Source: Macrostomum lignano (Eukaryota). Taken from it: DNA of 64,000 nt. The position numbers and the translations under genes are program-made. The first letter of the stretch is position 1, and each line of letters starts with the position of its first letter. The stretch is from assembly GCA_002269645.1 (NCBI GenBank), contig NIVC01000866.1, positions 200,441 through 264,440 on the forward strand, read 5' to 3'. Positions 40,900 to 53,974 of the stretch are shown piece after piece. The notes beneath the pieces were generated by a model, which worked only from the letters and a program-made list of their open reading frames with translations, searched no databases and was not told the origin of the DNA.

Positions 40900-43454
40900 C
40901 CCTAGATGAAATCGTCATTCCATTTCTTAGCAGATCTGTCTGGATCTTCTCTCTACGTTCTTGCAAGAACGTAACAGATCTGCACTATTAAAATATATAG
41001 GCAGAACTTACAAGATCTGCAGGAAGATCTTGCACGGTCTGCACGAGCAGATCTTAGGAGATCTGGGCAGATCTTGTAAGATGTATTAAGCTTTACCAAT
41101 TGAATGCATTGTCCGTCTTATCAAATCTTCCAAGATCTGTTTAGTAATCCATTTATAAAACCCCAATGCACTAATTTAATTCCAATAAAGAACACGAGTT
41201 ATGACAGGACTTTCTTATTTGATTCTGCACTTTTAGTATTGTGCTAGTAAGCTGCCAGAACATAAGCAAATGTCATTGAACAATTAAAATAAAGTAGACA
41301 TATTTATTTGTGAAAATGTAAACAAATACACATATATGCTCATGAAATAAAACTTGTATGCACAAGGGAAATAGCACAAGCAAAAAATAAGTCAACTTCA
41401 AAACAAAAGTTAAGTACACATTCAATAGAAAAAATACTAATGGTACAATGGACTAATAAAATTAGGGTGAGCAATACTTTTAGAAACTAAAAAATAGAAG
41501 CAGAATCATTTGAAAAAAAACCAGGTGCATCTTTTACTACAATGTACAATTAAATTGGTTTGCAAATAATTGAAACTGAAAGAGTCCAGTACTGAAAGAT
41601 TTTAAAGTCAATATTGCTAGAAAGCTTACTTTGTTATCAATAAAAGTAGGTCTATAAGAGCTCTTAGTAATACTTTAGGGCTCTTTATCATGTTGCATTT
41701 TTACTTTAGGCTGGCTTCATTTTTTCTTTTAGCAATCATAGGATGCTTGCCACTTCGCCATTTGGTATAAAGACAAGCTTGGAACCCATAAGTAGCGATG
41801 CCATATTGTCCATGTAAAGTAGCATGCATGAAAGGGAAAATTGTAGTAAAGTTCTGGGATTTTTAACATCAATATTCAATTCAAAATAACTAAAACATAA
41901 AACAAATATCATTGTTATGTTTTTAAATAGTCAGAGTAATAACTTTTGTAAAAGTTCTTTGGTCTAATTAAATTTAGACCTGTTTTTCTTCTATTCTATA
42001 TTTTTCATATTATTTATCTAGGCCTATCTAGTATAAATAATTTTAGATTTTGCTATGCCCATCTATATTCCTCAAATAGTAGGTCAAGGCTTAAGATAAC
42101 TTTCTAACAACCACAAGCCTATATTTAAGCATCCAGGTTTAATTCTAATTCAGAAAAACTATACCCTATTATATAGCAATTACAATTTTTAGTAGAGTAG
42201 GGCCTATTTTATTTTAAAATTAAAATGATAAGCCTAGTTATAACACTATTTACTAAAAATAGACATTACACTCTTAACCTAAGTGTTTAAAATCAAGGAG
42301 GGATTAAAACCAAGTTTTACAGATATGTCAGTCTACCTATTTATAAATCTAGATAAGCATATATAAAACAAACAAAAACAGAATAGACCTATTTAATTAA
42401 GATTTACTTACTAACTAGGTCACTAGAACTAGCCTAGCCCTAGCCTAGGGGCTAGAACTAGGTATGTATATATAAATATAATATAATGAAATGCAAAAGA
42501 CTACAAAAATACTGATCTATGTATGTAACTGAATTTCTGAATTATTAATGGATTAATGAATTATTAATGGAAAACATTACTAGGTCTAGACATGCATTCT
42601 GTTTCTATTAAAGCATAGAACAAAGTCATAGGCCTAGGCCTACTCATACTTATAGGCCTGGGAGTAGGAAACAAGCCTAGATATATATATGATATAGATA
42701 TATATATATAGCATATCATACATTTTATAGTCAGTCTGTCAATTATGTCAAATTTTTTTAATTGATGACGCGATCTGCTCTTCATTTAAAGCCATAGCTA
42801 TACTTAATCAAAAAAGTTATTATGGCTAAAAAAGTAAAAAATAGTGATACTACACTATGAAACAATTTAAGGAATTAAAAATTACGTATTCGGCCAAGTC
42901 AAAAGAAAGAACTGAGATGATGGATATTGCAAGAGCGAGAATTCAAACTATAAGGGTCCACTATGTTCAGAACTGCGGAAAGAATATTTAAACAAATTCA
43001 TTTACTGTTGGCTGCCAGAAGAACAACTAAAATAAATACAAATCATTAAAAAACGTAATTACTATTATGTTAAATATTTTGTGGAAAAAAACAATTCAGA
43101 CACTTTTCAAAACTGGTCTGTACAGATCTGCAAGAACTGATCTGACAAGATCCAGCAGAGAAATGTGAAAATATACGAAAGTCTTTTTTCTGATATACAG
43201 TTAGAAATTTTGTTTTCTCTTTACCTCATAAGTATTTTCTAAAAAATCACGAATGTTTTTTACGTACCAAACAATAAAAAATGGCTTGCAAAGATTTGTA
43301 AGATCTTGTAAGACAAAAGCAGATACAGATCTGCTAAGAGATTTAAGTAAGAACAGATCTGTTAAGAATGTGTTAACCAAAATTCACAGATCTGTTAAGA
43401 AATTTAAGAAAGAACAGATCTGCCAAGAATGAGTAAACAGAACTTCATCTAGGG
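40900..43454. mobile_element. Non-autonomous DNA transposon with 11-bp TIRs (CCCTAGATGAA), flanked by TA, with subterminal CAGATCTG repeats
   Basis: TA|CCCTAGATGAA at 40898-40910 and TTCATCTAGGG|TA at 43444-43456; many AGATCT/CAGATCTG motifs clustered near both ends; AT-rich interior with no recognisable ORF. Confidence 0.65.
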
Positions 43455-45937
43455 TACTGACTGCCGACAAAAAGAAGAGAAAGACTGACCGACAAAAGAA
43501 ATACTACGAATGGGAGATGGAGTGGAAGCACTCAGACTCATGACAGCTCCTAAGGTTTAGAATTGGTATGGTGTGGTCCATGATATAGATATTATATACA
43601 CACACTCGATTTTCTTACTAATTAGAACGTATATTTGTCGCTAGTGCATTTGATGTGCTCAGCTAGCTAGAGAGATCAACATTTTCCTGTGCGGGATTTT
43701 CTCGCATCCCGCAGATTTTCCCGGAAATTCGAAATACTTCTATATTTTTGTCCGTTTCGGATTAGGCATCCAGCTAGAATACCGGTAGTTATAAAATCCA
43801 TCTACGTGTATATATGTAGTTTGCGATGTCCGTCTGTTTGGATCACTCTGGTTACTTGCTTAACGCAAATAATCACAATAAAAAATACAAATAAGGAGAG
43901 CCTCTGCGCTGTTTAAGCTGGCGTAAAAGTTCAACTGAGGCTAATCCGGCTCCCGATCTCATGTCTCATGCTATATAAGTTATTACATTAAGCCTCAATA
44001 TAAAAATTAATTTTCTGAATTTCTTTTTGAGTTTTGATTTTTTAATGTTTTTAACTTAAATTCAATATGTATTAATATTCTGAAATTAGACACAAGCCAA
44101 GCAACTAATTTTTTGTTATGGCCTTAAAAGGTTAAAAATCAAACATTTGCATTCCACGAAACGATAATAATTTAGCCTCACTCCGCGCGAACTCGAACTC
44201 ATCATCGACGTTAAAATTCGAATACTGTCTGCGACATGGTCATGAACCGCTCAAAATGCCCTCCATCGTTGAAAAGCTTTGAGTATCGAATCTTTTGGCT
44301 TACCAATACAACAGATTTGCCCGGGTCAATAATCTGCTGCTCTATTTTTTAGAATACATATGGCAATTCAGCAATTACATAATTACATTATTATATTTGA
44401 ATTGGCGCAGGACTAAGACTGCTACAGCTATTATTGGCTACTGGTATTAAGGGGGAACTACAAATCTTTTATCATTGCTATTCCTCTCATTAGGCCTAGT
44501 CAAAGGTTCCTCTCTCGCAGGCTTGTCCTGCTAGCTCTCCTACCTAGCCACTTATCTTTTTTCTAGCACCATTCTCTAACAAATTGAGCCAAATCCCTCT
44601 CCTAGCTCCTAAGTGTGGCAGTCTTGGTGTGTGGCAGTCTTGGTCCTATACCATTAATCTAAACTATAAGTTCTTTAAATGTTACGTGATAGACTTGCCT
44701 AAACCTAATGCTGGGTTTTACCTAAGAAGTTATGTCAATTTAAAATCTTTAGGCCTATGCTATGGCTTATTTTAAGGTTAAAGACTTTAGCCTTGGCTTT
44801 AGTAAGGGTCCTGTGATTTGCTAATATTTGCTAATTTGCAAATTTGTTAATTTGCTTGTCAATAAGTCAAATATAAACTGGAAAAAAAAAATTGTCATGG
44901 AGATTAAACTTTAAAAAATATTTTATTTCGTATTCATTAAGAAGTTGGCAGAGATTTTGTCTATTGCATTTTATTTGCTATCTTTTTTATTTGTTATATA
45001 CCTATCTGTTAATATAAAGAGTCATTTCTTTTACTAATTTGCTATAGTCTAGAAGAAGACATATATGCCAGAAGTTTCTAGGGTATACTCAAGAAATTTG
45101 GTAGGCCTATACAATACATATTGATATAAAAAAGTGATTTTGGGCTTTTTGTATATAGGCCCTATGCTATGTTTAATATTTTAATATATGATATATACCA
45201 AAAATAGATAGTACAATATTTATATATACATTATAATGTTAAAATTTGATATCTAGGCCAGTATAAAGCAAAACTGATTTTCATGTTTTTAAAAGGTAAC
45301 AATTTAAAATTTTAACAAAGATGTACTCATTTTGTTTTTTTTCTTTGTAATAATATATATAAAACATTGTATAATAATAATTATTATTTTTAATTTTTAA
45401 CTTTATCTTGGCTAATTGAAATTAAATATCAAAATCACTAGTCTAGGCCTACTAGTACTGTTAAATAGAAGCAGGCTTTTATTAAATTAAAATTTTAAAA
45501 TTTTGAACAAAATCAAATGCACAATTGTACAAATTAATTTTCTTAAAAATATCCTATAAAGAATTAATATTTGCTTTAAAATTGTTTGTAATCTGATGCA
45601 ACACATTTTCCTGACTTCTATAAAATAAAAGCTACAAGTGTACCAATAGTGTACAGGCATGCATTCATAACACATGCTCACACAGGGTGCACTTTCTAGA
45701 TATGCACAACTCCCAAGCCAATTTTTGTGTAAAGGCCCCAATGAAATGTGGCCATATATGGTATCAGACTTAAAAGTTCATGTTGCAAAAGTCAGATGCA
45801 TTTAACACTAAGCTGCTCTCCCCTAACTAACAGACCAACTAGTTGATAGTTAAATTTTGACAATCATATAAATTCATATTTCTTTCTTCTATGACATTGA
45901 TTTTTTCTGTCACTTTCAGCCAGTTAATTGATTGGCA

Positions 45938-46324
45938 ATGGCGGCCAGTTCGGCAGGACAGAGTGTGCAAGAGAGCTCTTCCGGCACACTCAAGTCCTCA
46001 ATGGCTCGGTTAGCCCGACTGTTTCTAGGCAGAAAGTCTGGCTCTTCTAGGCAGAAGAAAGCCAAGCAAAAGCCGAGTGAAAAGTTAACAGCAGAGTCTG
46101 GTGTTGGTCGCTATGGAAGCTTGGCTAGGCAGCCTGGCCTGTGTCATGATGAAGGAGCCAGCGGCTGCCAAGTTCGGGCTCAAGCACGGAGCTGGCGCAG
46201 TCAGGAGAGTCTGGCATCCGGGGATGGGTGCAGTGATGCCGAATCGACCAACAATTACTACTGTGGCAATTCTCTGATGTCGCGTTCGGTGCATGCCGAC
46301 CTGGCTATTGCTGCTGGAGATGAG
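45938..46324 (+). CDS. LZTS/Fez1-family gene, probable first coding exon (MAASSAGQ...AGDE)
   Basis: GC-rich 129-codon ORF with ATG after a cag acceptor; donor GTCAAT is weak; linkage to the downstream exons is inferred from position and strand. Confidence 0.5.
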
Positions 46325-46434
46325 GTCAATTTTGATTTTGAATTTATTTCAATGAGTTGCCACTGAATGATTTGTGGAGGGGGTCTATGCCCACTTTATG
46401 GGATGCTTCCGTCTGAACTGAATAATCCAGAGAA

Positions 46435-46997
46435 ATACCCGCTGAAGAATCAGGGCATGGGAAATACCCGCTGAAGAATCAGGACATGGGAAATACCCGC
46501 TGAAGAATCAGGGCATGGGAAATACCCGCTGAAGAATCAGGGCATGGGAAATACCCGCTGAAGAATCAGGGCATGGGAAATACCCGCTGAAGAATCAGGG
46601 CATGGGAAATACCCGCTGAAGAATCAGGGCATGGGAAATACCCGCTGAAGAATCAGGGCATGGGAAATACCCGCTGAAAAATCAGGGCATGGGAAATACC
46701 CGCTGAAGAATCAGGACATGGGAAATACCCGCTGAAGAATCAGGGTGGATACCTGCTGAAGAATCAGGGCATGGGAAATACCCGCTGAAGAATCAGGGTG
46801 GATACCCGCTGAAGAATCTGGGTAGGGGAATACCCGCTGAAGAATCAGGGTGGATACCCGCTGAAGAATCAGGGCATGGGAAATACCCGCTGAAAAATCA
46901 GGGTGGATACCCGCTGAAGAATCTGGGTAGGGGAAATACCCGCTGAAGAATCAGGGTGAATACCCGCTGAAGAATCAGGGCATGGGAAATACCCGCT
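46435..46997. repeat. 29-bp minisatellite (GAAATACCCGCTGAAGAATCAGGGCATGG)n in an LZTS intron
   Basis: Direct reading. Confidence 0.95.
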
Positions 46998-47000
46998 AAG

Positions 47001-47339
47001 GAATCATCCGGGATACCCGCTGATTTGCAAGCTCCGCCCCCACCACAGCCCGCACTGCCGAACGTTTCCCACTCTGTCGACTGGTTGGCATCGCCTGCGA
47101 CCTCCGCGACGCCTGCGGCTCCGCTGTGTCGCCCCGGTCGCATCGTCGTGATGGATGCCGCCGCCGCCGCGGACGTCGCCGAACAAGCGCGGCCGCCTCC
47201 CCGACGGTCGAAAATCCAACTGGCCGTGGCGGTCAGAGCCAAGGAGCTCGAACTGGAGCAGCTGCGTCGGACGATGGAACAGAACGAAGCCGCGCTGCAG
47301 CTGGTGTTCGAGGAGCGCCGGGCCGAACTGAAGGCCAGG
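47001..47339 (+). CDS. Lzts: LZTS-family exon (coiled coil: RAKELELEQLRRTMEQNEAALQLVFEERR)
   Basis: Resembles the LZTS ELxQLR...NE...QVxEE block; donor AGG|GTGAGT; the acceptor position is uncertain because it lies at the end of the 29-bp array. Confidence 0.7.
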
Positions 47340-47524
47340 GTGAGTCGCCTCTCGTCCGCTCTTGATTAAGGCTTCTGTTTTATGGTTGAAATTTTCCTGT
47401 CAGACCTTGGCATGCCTTTGCTCCTGCTTCTTTAATTGTAATATGGGTCTGTTCGTCTATGGTTTCTTTCCATTTTTTACCTGCCTAACCGTTTTTACCT
47501 CCTTTTCTTTACCCGCTTTACCCT

Positions 47525-47755
47525 CTTTTTAACCCGCTTTACCCTTTTAACCCGCTTTACCCTCTGCTAACCCGCTTTACCCTCTGTTAACCCGCTTTAC
47601 CCTCTGCTAACTCGCTTTACCCTCTGTTAACCCGCTTTACCCTCTGTTAACCCGCTTTACCCTCTGTTAACCCGCTTTACCCTCTGTTAACCCGCTTTAC
47701 CCTCTGTTAACCCGCTTTACCCTCTGTTAACGCGCTTTACCCTCTGTTAACCCGT
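47525..47755. repeat. 20-bp minisatellite (TAACCCGCTTTACCCTCTGT)n in an LZTS intron
   Basis: Direct reading. Confidence 0.95.
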
Positions 47756-47782
47756 CTTACCCTCCGCCCTCAATTCCTCCAG

Positions 47783-48193
47783 TTGGAATCCGAGCGGGCC
47801 ATCGGCGCCGAATTGGCGCCAGCCGTTTCCCAAGCGAACCGGCGCGCTCGCCAATCTGACCAGGCCGCTGCAGAGCTGCGCGCCGTCTCCGAGCAGCGCC
47901 AATCAGAGGCGCGCGCTCTCCGGTTGCGCCTTGGTGAGATCGAGCTGGAGACGCGCGAGAAAGCCGAACTGGAGCGCCGGCTTCAGCTGCAGCTGGCGGA
48001 GTGCGCCGAGTCGCTGGAATCGGCAACGCAGCGGTTGAGGCAGCGGCCGGGCTCGCCCAGGGACGCCGACGGTGTTGCAAGCCGCGCCTGTCAGACCGGC
48101 TGCGAATCCGCGGCCGACTGCGAGCCCCAGTTGGCTGCTGACGAACAGCTGGAAGCCGAGATTGCCGCAGCGAAACTGGCTTTGGAGGAGCAG
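47783..48193 (+). CDS. Lzts: LZTS-family exon (leucine-zipper / coiled coil)
   Basis: Acceptor cctccag|TTG, donor CAG|GTAGGA, 137 codons phase 0/0, heptad-like Leu/Glu/Arg composition. Confidence 0.75.
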
Positions 48194-48214
48194 GTAGGAC
48201 TGGGCTTGAGCTGG

Positions 48215-48630
48215 ATAGGGATTCCCCGCTGCATAATATGGATGAGGATTTCCCGTTTCAGAATCTCGATAGGGATTCCCGATTTCAGAATCTGGATAGG
48301 GATTCCCGATTTCAGAATCTGGATAGGGATTCCCCGTTTCAGAATCTGGATGGATTCCCCATTTCAGAATCTCGATAGGGATTCCCCGTTTCAGAATCTG
48401 GATAGGGATTCCCCATTTCAGAATCTTGATAGGGATTCCCTGTTTCAACATTTGGACAGGGATTCCCCATTTCAGAATCTTGATAGGGATTCCCTGTTTC
48501 AACATTTGGACAGGGATTCCCCATTTCAGAATCTAGATAGGGATTCCCCATTTCAGAATCTTGACAGGGACTCTCTGTTTCAGAATCTCGAAAGGGATTT
48601 CCCGTTTCAATATCTTAATAGGGATTCCCC
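48215..48630. repeat. 27-bp minisatellite (GATAGGGATTCCCCATTTCAGAATCTT-like) in an LZTS intron
   Basis: Direct reading. Confidence 0.9.
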
Positions 48631-48757
48631 AGACAATTTAGTATGTTTATGGATATTTCTCTGACTCATAAAAGTGGCAATTCTGATTATTTTGTCTTAC
48701 GCGAAACCCTTAGCAACTAGTTTGCATCCTCAGTCGCTGTCCTTTTAACATTCTCAG

Positions 48758-48979
48758 ATCCGCGGCTTCAGCGCGGAGCGACACCGCTGGCTCTACGAGA
48801 AGCGGCAGGTGCTGGCCTACCAGAAGCAGTTGCAGCTCAACCTGGTTCAACTGCGCTCCAAAACCACCCGCCTAGCAGCCGATGTTGAGCAGCTGAACTC
48901 CGAGCTGGCTGAGAAGGAGACGCTGCTGATGCGACTGCGGGGCCAGGCGGCTCTGTCAGGAGGGGTGTCCGAGCGCTGA
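48758..48979 (+). CDS. Lzts: LZTS-family last exon with the Fez1 C-terminal motif
   Basis: ERHRWLYEKRQVLAYQKQLQLNLVQL matches the LZTS W.EEKEKVIRYQKQLQL motif; acceptor ttctcag, TGA at 48977-79. Confidence 0.85.
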   Translation: MRGFSAERHRWLYEKRQVLAYQKQLQLNLVQLRSKTTRLAADVEQLNSELAEKETLLMRLRGQAALSGGVSER

Positions 48980-48989
48980 CTCAAGGATT

Positions 48990-49670
48990 CTGACACCTCA
49001 AATCCCTCTCCCTGACACCTCAAATCCCGCATCCTGGCACCTCAAATCCCGCATCCTGACACTCCAAATTCCGCATCCTGGTACCTCAAATCCCATACTC
49101 TGACACCTCAAATCCCTTATTATCCTGACACCTCAAATCCCGCATCCTGACACCTTAAATTCCGCATCCTGACACTCCAAATCCCGCATCCTGACACCTC
49201 AAATCCCGCATCCTGACACCTCAAATCCCGCATCCTGACATCTCAAATCCCGCATCCTGACACCTCAAATAGCGCATCCTGACGCCTCAAATCCCATACC
49301 CTGACACCTCAAATCCCTTATTATCCTGACACCTCAAATAGCGCATCCTGACGCCTCAAATCCCATACCCTGACACCTCAAATCCCTTATTATCCTGACA
49401 CCTCAAATCCCGCATCCTGACACCTCAAATTCCGCATCCTGACACTCCAAATCCCGCATCCTGACACCTCAAATCCCGCATCCTGACACCTCAAATCCCG
49501 CATCCTGACATCTCAAATCCCGCATCCTGACACCTCAAATAGCGCATCCTGACGCCTCAAATCCCATACCCTGACACCTCAAATCCCTTATTATCCTGAC
49601 ACCTCAAATCCCGCATCCTGACACTCCAAATCCCTCTCTCTGACGCCTCAAATCCCTTATCCTTACACCG
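48990..49670. repeat. 22-bp minisatellite (CTGACACCTCAAATCCCGCATC)n starting just after the LZTS stop codon
   Basis: Direct reading. Confidence 0.93.
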
Positions 49671-50669
49671 CAAATCTCGCATCTAAATATAAAACTTTTA
49701 ACGGTTGTGAAGCCCAACTAAATGATTCACCATAATCTCATCTCATGATTCCGTCAAATTGACATCTCAGCTTAACCAAAATTTATTTAGAATGTGTAAT
49801 ACTTATTTATTTTTTATAGATTTGGGTCCAATTTTTTCTTACAACTCGGTCCACCTCAGAGTCTAGTCGAAATATTAAGCATCTTTTTGATGAAGTCGCA
49901 TTGTGCAACTCATCCGCAATTATTGATATAGTTGCACTGTAACTGATAAGCAAATTACAGTTATAATATTCGCGTATTGTACTTCTAGTTGCAGCCGTTA
50001 GTAGTCATGTATAAGTATGAAATTTCGTTTTTACAAAAATCAGCAAATACAAAATTTAACTGTGCAATCCTTGTAATAATGCACTGTGTGGCTTACAGGT
50101 CTTCACTGAGATCATTCCCCCTAATGTTTGTGTCTGTTGGCATGATAAAATTCAGTTAGTTAAGCTTGCTGTTCCAGCCGCTGTATTTATTCCTTCAATT
50201 CCACCGACTTCCTTTGCCAAGGATGCTCAATAATGTCTTTGTGTCTACTTGATTTACTATTTACATAAGACTTTGTGTTATTAATTTATTGCATGTTTTA
50301 CACATCTCTAGGATCTAACCAATTCACACGGGCTATTTATTTTCCTGGTTGCCGTGTGTAATACCTTAATTATATTTTTTCCAGTTCCAGTTTTCCGAAA
50401 ATACATGTAGAAACTCTGTCAGGTTATTGATATTTTGTTGTTTCAAAAAAGTATTTATCGCTTTTTTTTCTGATACAATGTCGCTTCGCTTTATCTAAAT
50501 AAAAATACATAACCCGTTGTTTACCGCTGTAAATGCTTGTATTGTTGAGTTTTTGAAATGAATTTTGGTATTGAAATTTAAATCATAATTTTTTTATTTG
50601 CATTAAATAATTATTTTCTCAAAGGAAATCTAATCGAGGGGATTTGTTTGTGAAAATTTCGAAAATGCT

Positions 50670-51046
50670 TAGAAAGCTTAATATCAACATTTGAATATGA
50701 TTGCAATTTCTAACAACTTCAACGCGTTTCGCACGCCATGGTGCATCGTCAGGATTTTATTAGAACGATTTGAGAAATTGAGATTGAAAGCGATTGATTA
50801 AATATTGGTTTTTGTAACGTACACAGGTAAGGAGGGTAAGATTGAAAGATTGAAGGAGGGTCAATTGTTTTCAATCTTACCCTCCTTACCTGTGTACGTT
50901 GCAAAAACCAATATTTAATCAATCGCTTTCAATCTCAATTTCTCAAATCGTTCTAATAAAATCCTGATGATGCACCATGGCGTGCGAAACGCGTTGAAGT
51001 TGTTAGAAATTGCAATCATATTCAAATGTTGATATTAAGCTTTCTA
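50670..51046. mobile_element. Near-perfect 377-bp palindrome (178-bp arms, 21-nt spacer), MITE-like, with TA at both ends
   Basis: 50670-50847 is the reverse complement of 50869-51046 with only about 2 mismatches by eye. Confidence 0.75.
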
Positions 51047-51556
51047 TTTATTCTTCTCGCCAAGCGAGCGACTCTACCAGCATTCGAAAATGCTCTATTG
51101 TCTTTTGGACAATCGGATTTTGGTATTTGGTTTGGGAGCGCCGAAAATAGCGCCGTGACGCCCGTCTAAGCTGAGTGATGAATTCTTCCTTGATGAGCAA
51201 GGGAGTTGGTCCTAATCGCAAAGAGCTCGACAATCGAGTCAAATACAACAAATTGTTTTGTAGACACAAGTAGTATTTGATTGCTTGATAGTAATCAAAA
51301 TGGAGTAAAACTATCAAAAGGCTTATGCTATTTGCCTATTTTGTATAGAATAAAACATATAGTTATAGTTGAAACAATATAGCGAAGACAATCACGTGAA
51401 CTATTTAAAAAAACAGTTTTCCGCGAATCTTATAAACTTTTGAGCACCACCACGGAAATTTTACCAGTTAATTATTTACGTTTCTAGTTTTCACTGCACT
51501 CTTTTCTAATAATAAAATTAACTTCTGGTTAACGAAACAGTATTAATTTTGCAGAA

Positions 51557-51640
51557 ATGCTTTATCGCAAAGGACTTGTAATGCAGCTCCCGCTGCTCTT
51601 TTCTTCTCTGTGTATGCGCCAACCTGTGTCTAGGGCAATG
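51557..51640 (+). CDS. GPx4: GPx exon 1: N-terminal leader MLYRKGLVMQLPLLFSSLCMRQPVSRAM
   Basis: ATG 2 nt after a tttgcag acceptor; donor ATG|GTAAGA in phase 0 joins exon 2 in frame. Confidence 0.6.
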
Positions 51641-53100
51641 GTAAGACACTAAAAACAATGATGCCATTTAATGATAATTATGTAATTATAGGTTAGTTCT
51701 TATATTAATGGTTGAATTTTTATTACATTGCAGGCCTATCTAGTCTACATATCTAATGTTTTTAATTTTACAACAAGGCTAAATAACAAATATATGGCAA
51801 GTTGCCAATATATTACTTTACTGCATTCAATTATAGCCTAGTATGCCTAGCTATAGGGCCTATTTACTTGAAACTATTTCCAAAGAATATGTGAAATCCA
51901 AAATTATATTAATTATTATTTCATTGTTGTTTTAAATTTAACAGTTTTTTAATTTTTAGAATAATCTTTATTTTTAATGCAATCAGGGGCAGAGGAGGCT
52001 AATATTTTAGGGGGGCACTGAGCACAGGGCAATGGGGGCACAGGTACCTTTGTAACTGCTAATTAAAGCTTAAAATCAGAAAAAGCATTAAAAATTACTG
52101 TATGGACTCATTTTCTAGGAGGGAGGGCACATGCCCCTAGTGCCACAAGCTCCTGCTGCCCATGAATCACAATGAATGCAATGCAATATTATAATTAGGC
52201 CTACAATGTTTAAGATATTTGCTTATTTTTGGCTAAAGTATTTCATTTTTATAATTTTCTATAATTTTAAATGATTTTTTTTGCATTTTATCATTTAAAA
52301 GGGTGATTTCATAATGTAGTAACTTAGGATAGTTAATCAGTGGCAAATCTAAGATTTTTAATATAATGGAAGAAGCAGATTGACCCAACTTTTTGGGCTT
52401 ATAATCCTATCCTCTTTTATGCAAGTTTAGCCATGGCAAATGAAGGGTTGCCTCTCTCCCTTAGGCGGAGACCTAAAAAATCAAAGGGGGGACCAAGTGA
52501 ATTTTTTCCAAAAACAGAGCCACCCCTCCACCCTCCTCTTGGGACTTTACCCTCCAGAATCCGCTGAATGCTGAATCAGGTCTATTTTTAGAACAACTGT
52601 TCAATAGGCCTAGGCCAAAAGACAAAGGCCAGGTGGGAGAGGCCAGAGACAGGTTAGCTCTTTTCAAGGTTTATTTTCTTGTATATATAGCAATTTTATT
52701 AAAAATGGCAGACAGACTCAAACAAATGTAGGCAAGAAATATATATGTTGCATGCATAATAAGATGAAGCAATGTAAAGGAATATTTAATGAGTAATGCA
52801 GCTATACCAAGTCTAAGGCAAGCATGATAAGGCAGTAATGAATGATACTAAATAACTATTGCTAAACAATCACCACTACATCAATCTAAAAAAGTTTTAT
52901 AAAGAGTTTTTATTACTTATATTTAATATTATATGATATGTGATTTTAGTCTATATCATATATTAAATTGATATTTACAGTAGTTTTTGATTCTTTATTA
53001 ATTTATTTAAGGCTTATTGATAAAAAAATTAAATGAAAAGTTTTTATTTAGCTTGTTTTGTTATTCTAACTAATATATTTTATTTTTATATCATGCATGT

Positions 53101-53256
53101 GCAACCTTTGGAATCACCTGGCCATTTCTATTGGCAACACACATATGTAAGTCGCTATTGGCTGAGAACAGTCACGTGACTACTATTCCATCCAATAGTG
53201 ACTTACATGTGTGTGTGTGTTGCCAATAGAAACAGCTGGGTGAATCCCTAGGTTGC
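53101..53256. mobile_element. Small imperfect inverted-repeat element (~60-bp arms) in GPx intron 1, with central palindrome GTCACGTGAC
   Basis: TTTCTATTGGCAACACACATATGTAAGTCGCTATTGG pairs with CCAATAGTGACTTACATGTGTGTGTGTGTTGCCAATAGAAA. Confidence 0.55.
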
Positions 53257-53412
53257 GCCCAAGCATGTTTTATACTTTGTCTTTATAGGTTAAGTCTATT
53301 TATTTTATGTTGTTCCATGTTTTTTTAGATAAATCAAGGTATGAAAAACTGATTAAAAAATAAATAATTTCAAAACTGCAGTGTTGCTTGACTTGCTCAC
53401 CTTATTTTTCAG

Positions 53413-53492
53413 GCCTCATCTGCTTCAGGAACAGTGTATGACTTCTCTGCCAAAACCATTGATGGAGACATGGTTTCACTAAGCAAGTACAA
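53413..53492 (+). CDS. GPx4: GPx exon 2 (ASSASGTVYDFSAKTIDGDMVSLSKY)
   Basis: Typical GPx4/PHGPx N-terminal motif YDF.AK.IDG..VSL.KY; acceptor tttttcag, donor GTGAGT in phase 2. Confidence 0.9.
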
Positions 53493-53974
53493 GTGAGTGA
53501 ATATTTTTGCTATCTATTCCTTTTTGTTTCGATAAATAACCATAGAATATTTTGCATACTACTGGTGGGAATTTCTAAGTAGTGTTTTGCAATGATGACT
53601 CAATTTAGTAAGCGTGGATAGCAATGGGCCATGCGAGTAAATAAAATGCACTCTCCTACACCCCTGGATACTGGATTAAGCTGAATATTATGTTTATTCA
53701 AGGCCTGCGTTGACTGATTAATTAAGTAGCAATTGCATTGTTCCATGCCTTTGTATGCATAACTGCAGTGTGATTGCGCTACCTATCAATTTTGCCTTCG
53801 ATTCCTCGTTACCATGGTATCACTCGCAAATCAAGTAGATTGCATTAGAACTGCGTGCTGACTATTAGCGGGTTCTGCTATAGATTATATCTGTACACCT
53901 ATAGTGGCTGGAAAATTTGCCTTTGACTGATGAATGCACCGTTTTTATTATTCTGCGTAGAAAGATGAGAGACA

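Noticed and set aside
41600-41870. Short minus-strand reading frame inside the CCC-ended element (…HACYFTWTIWHRYLWVPS…)
   Set aside because: No recognisable transposase motif, no clear start or splice context; likely chance
48194-48664. C-terminal (DRDSPFQNL)n extension of the LZTS ORF
   Set aside because: Read-through past a good CAG|GTAGGA donor into a 27-bp intronic array; the conserved Fez1 motif is in the next exon
53925-53970. CTGATGA...GAAA resembling a hammerhead ribozyme core
   Set aside because: There is an extra A before GAAA, and no stem I, stem III or NUH cleavage triplet can be built from the flanks
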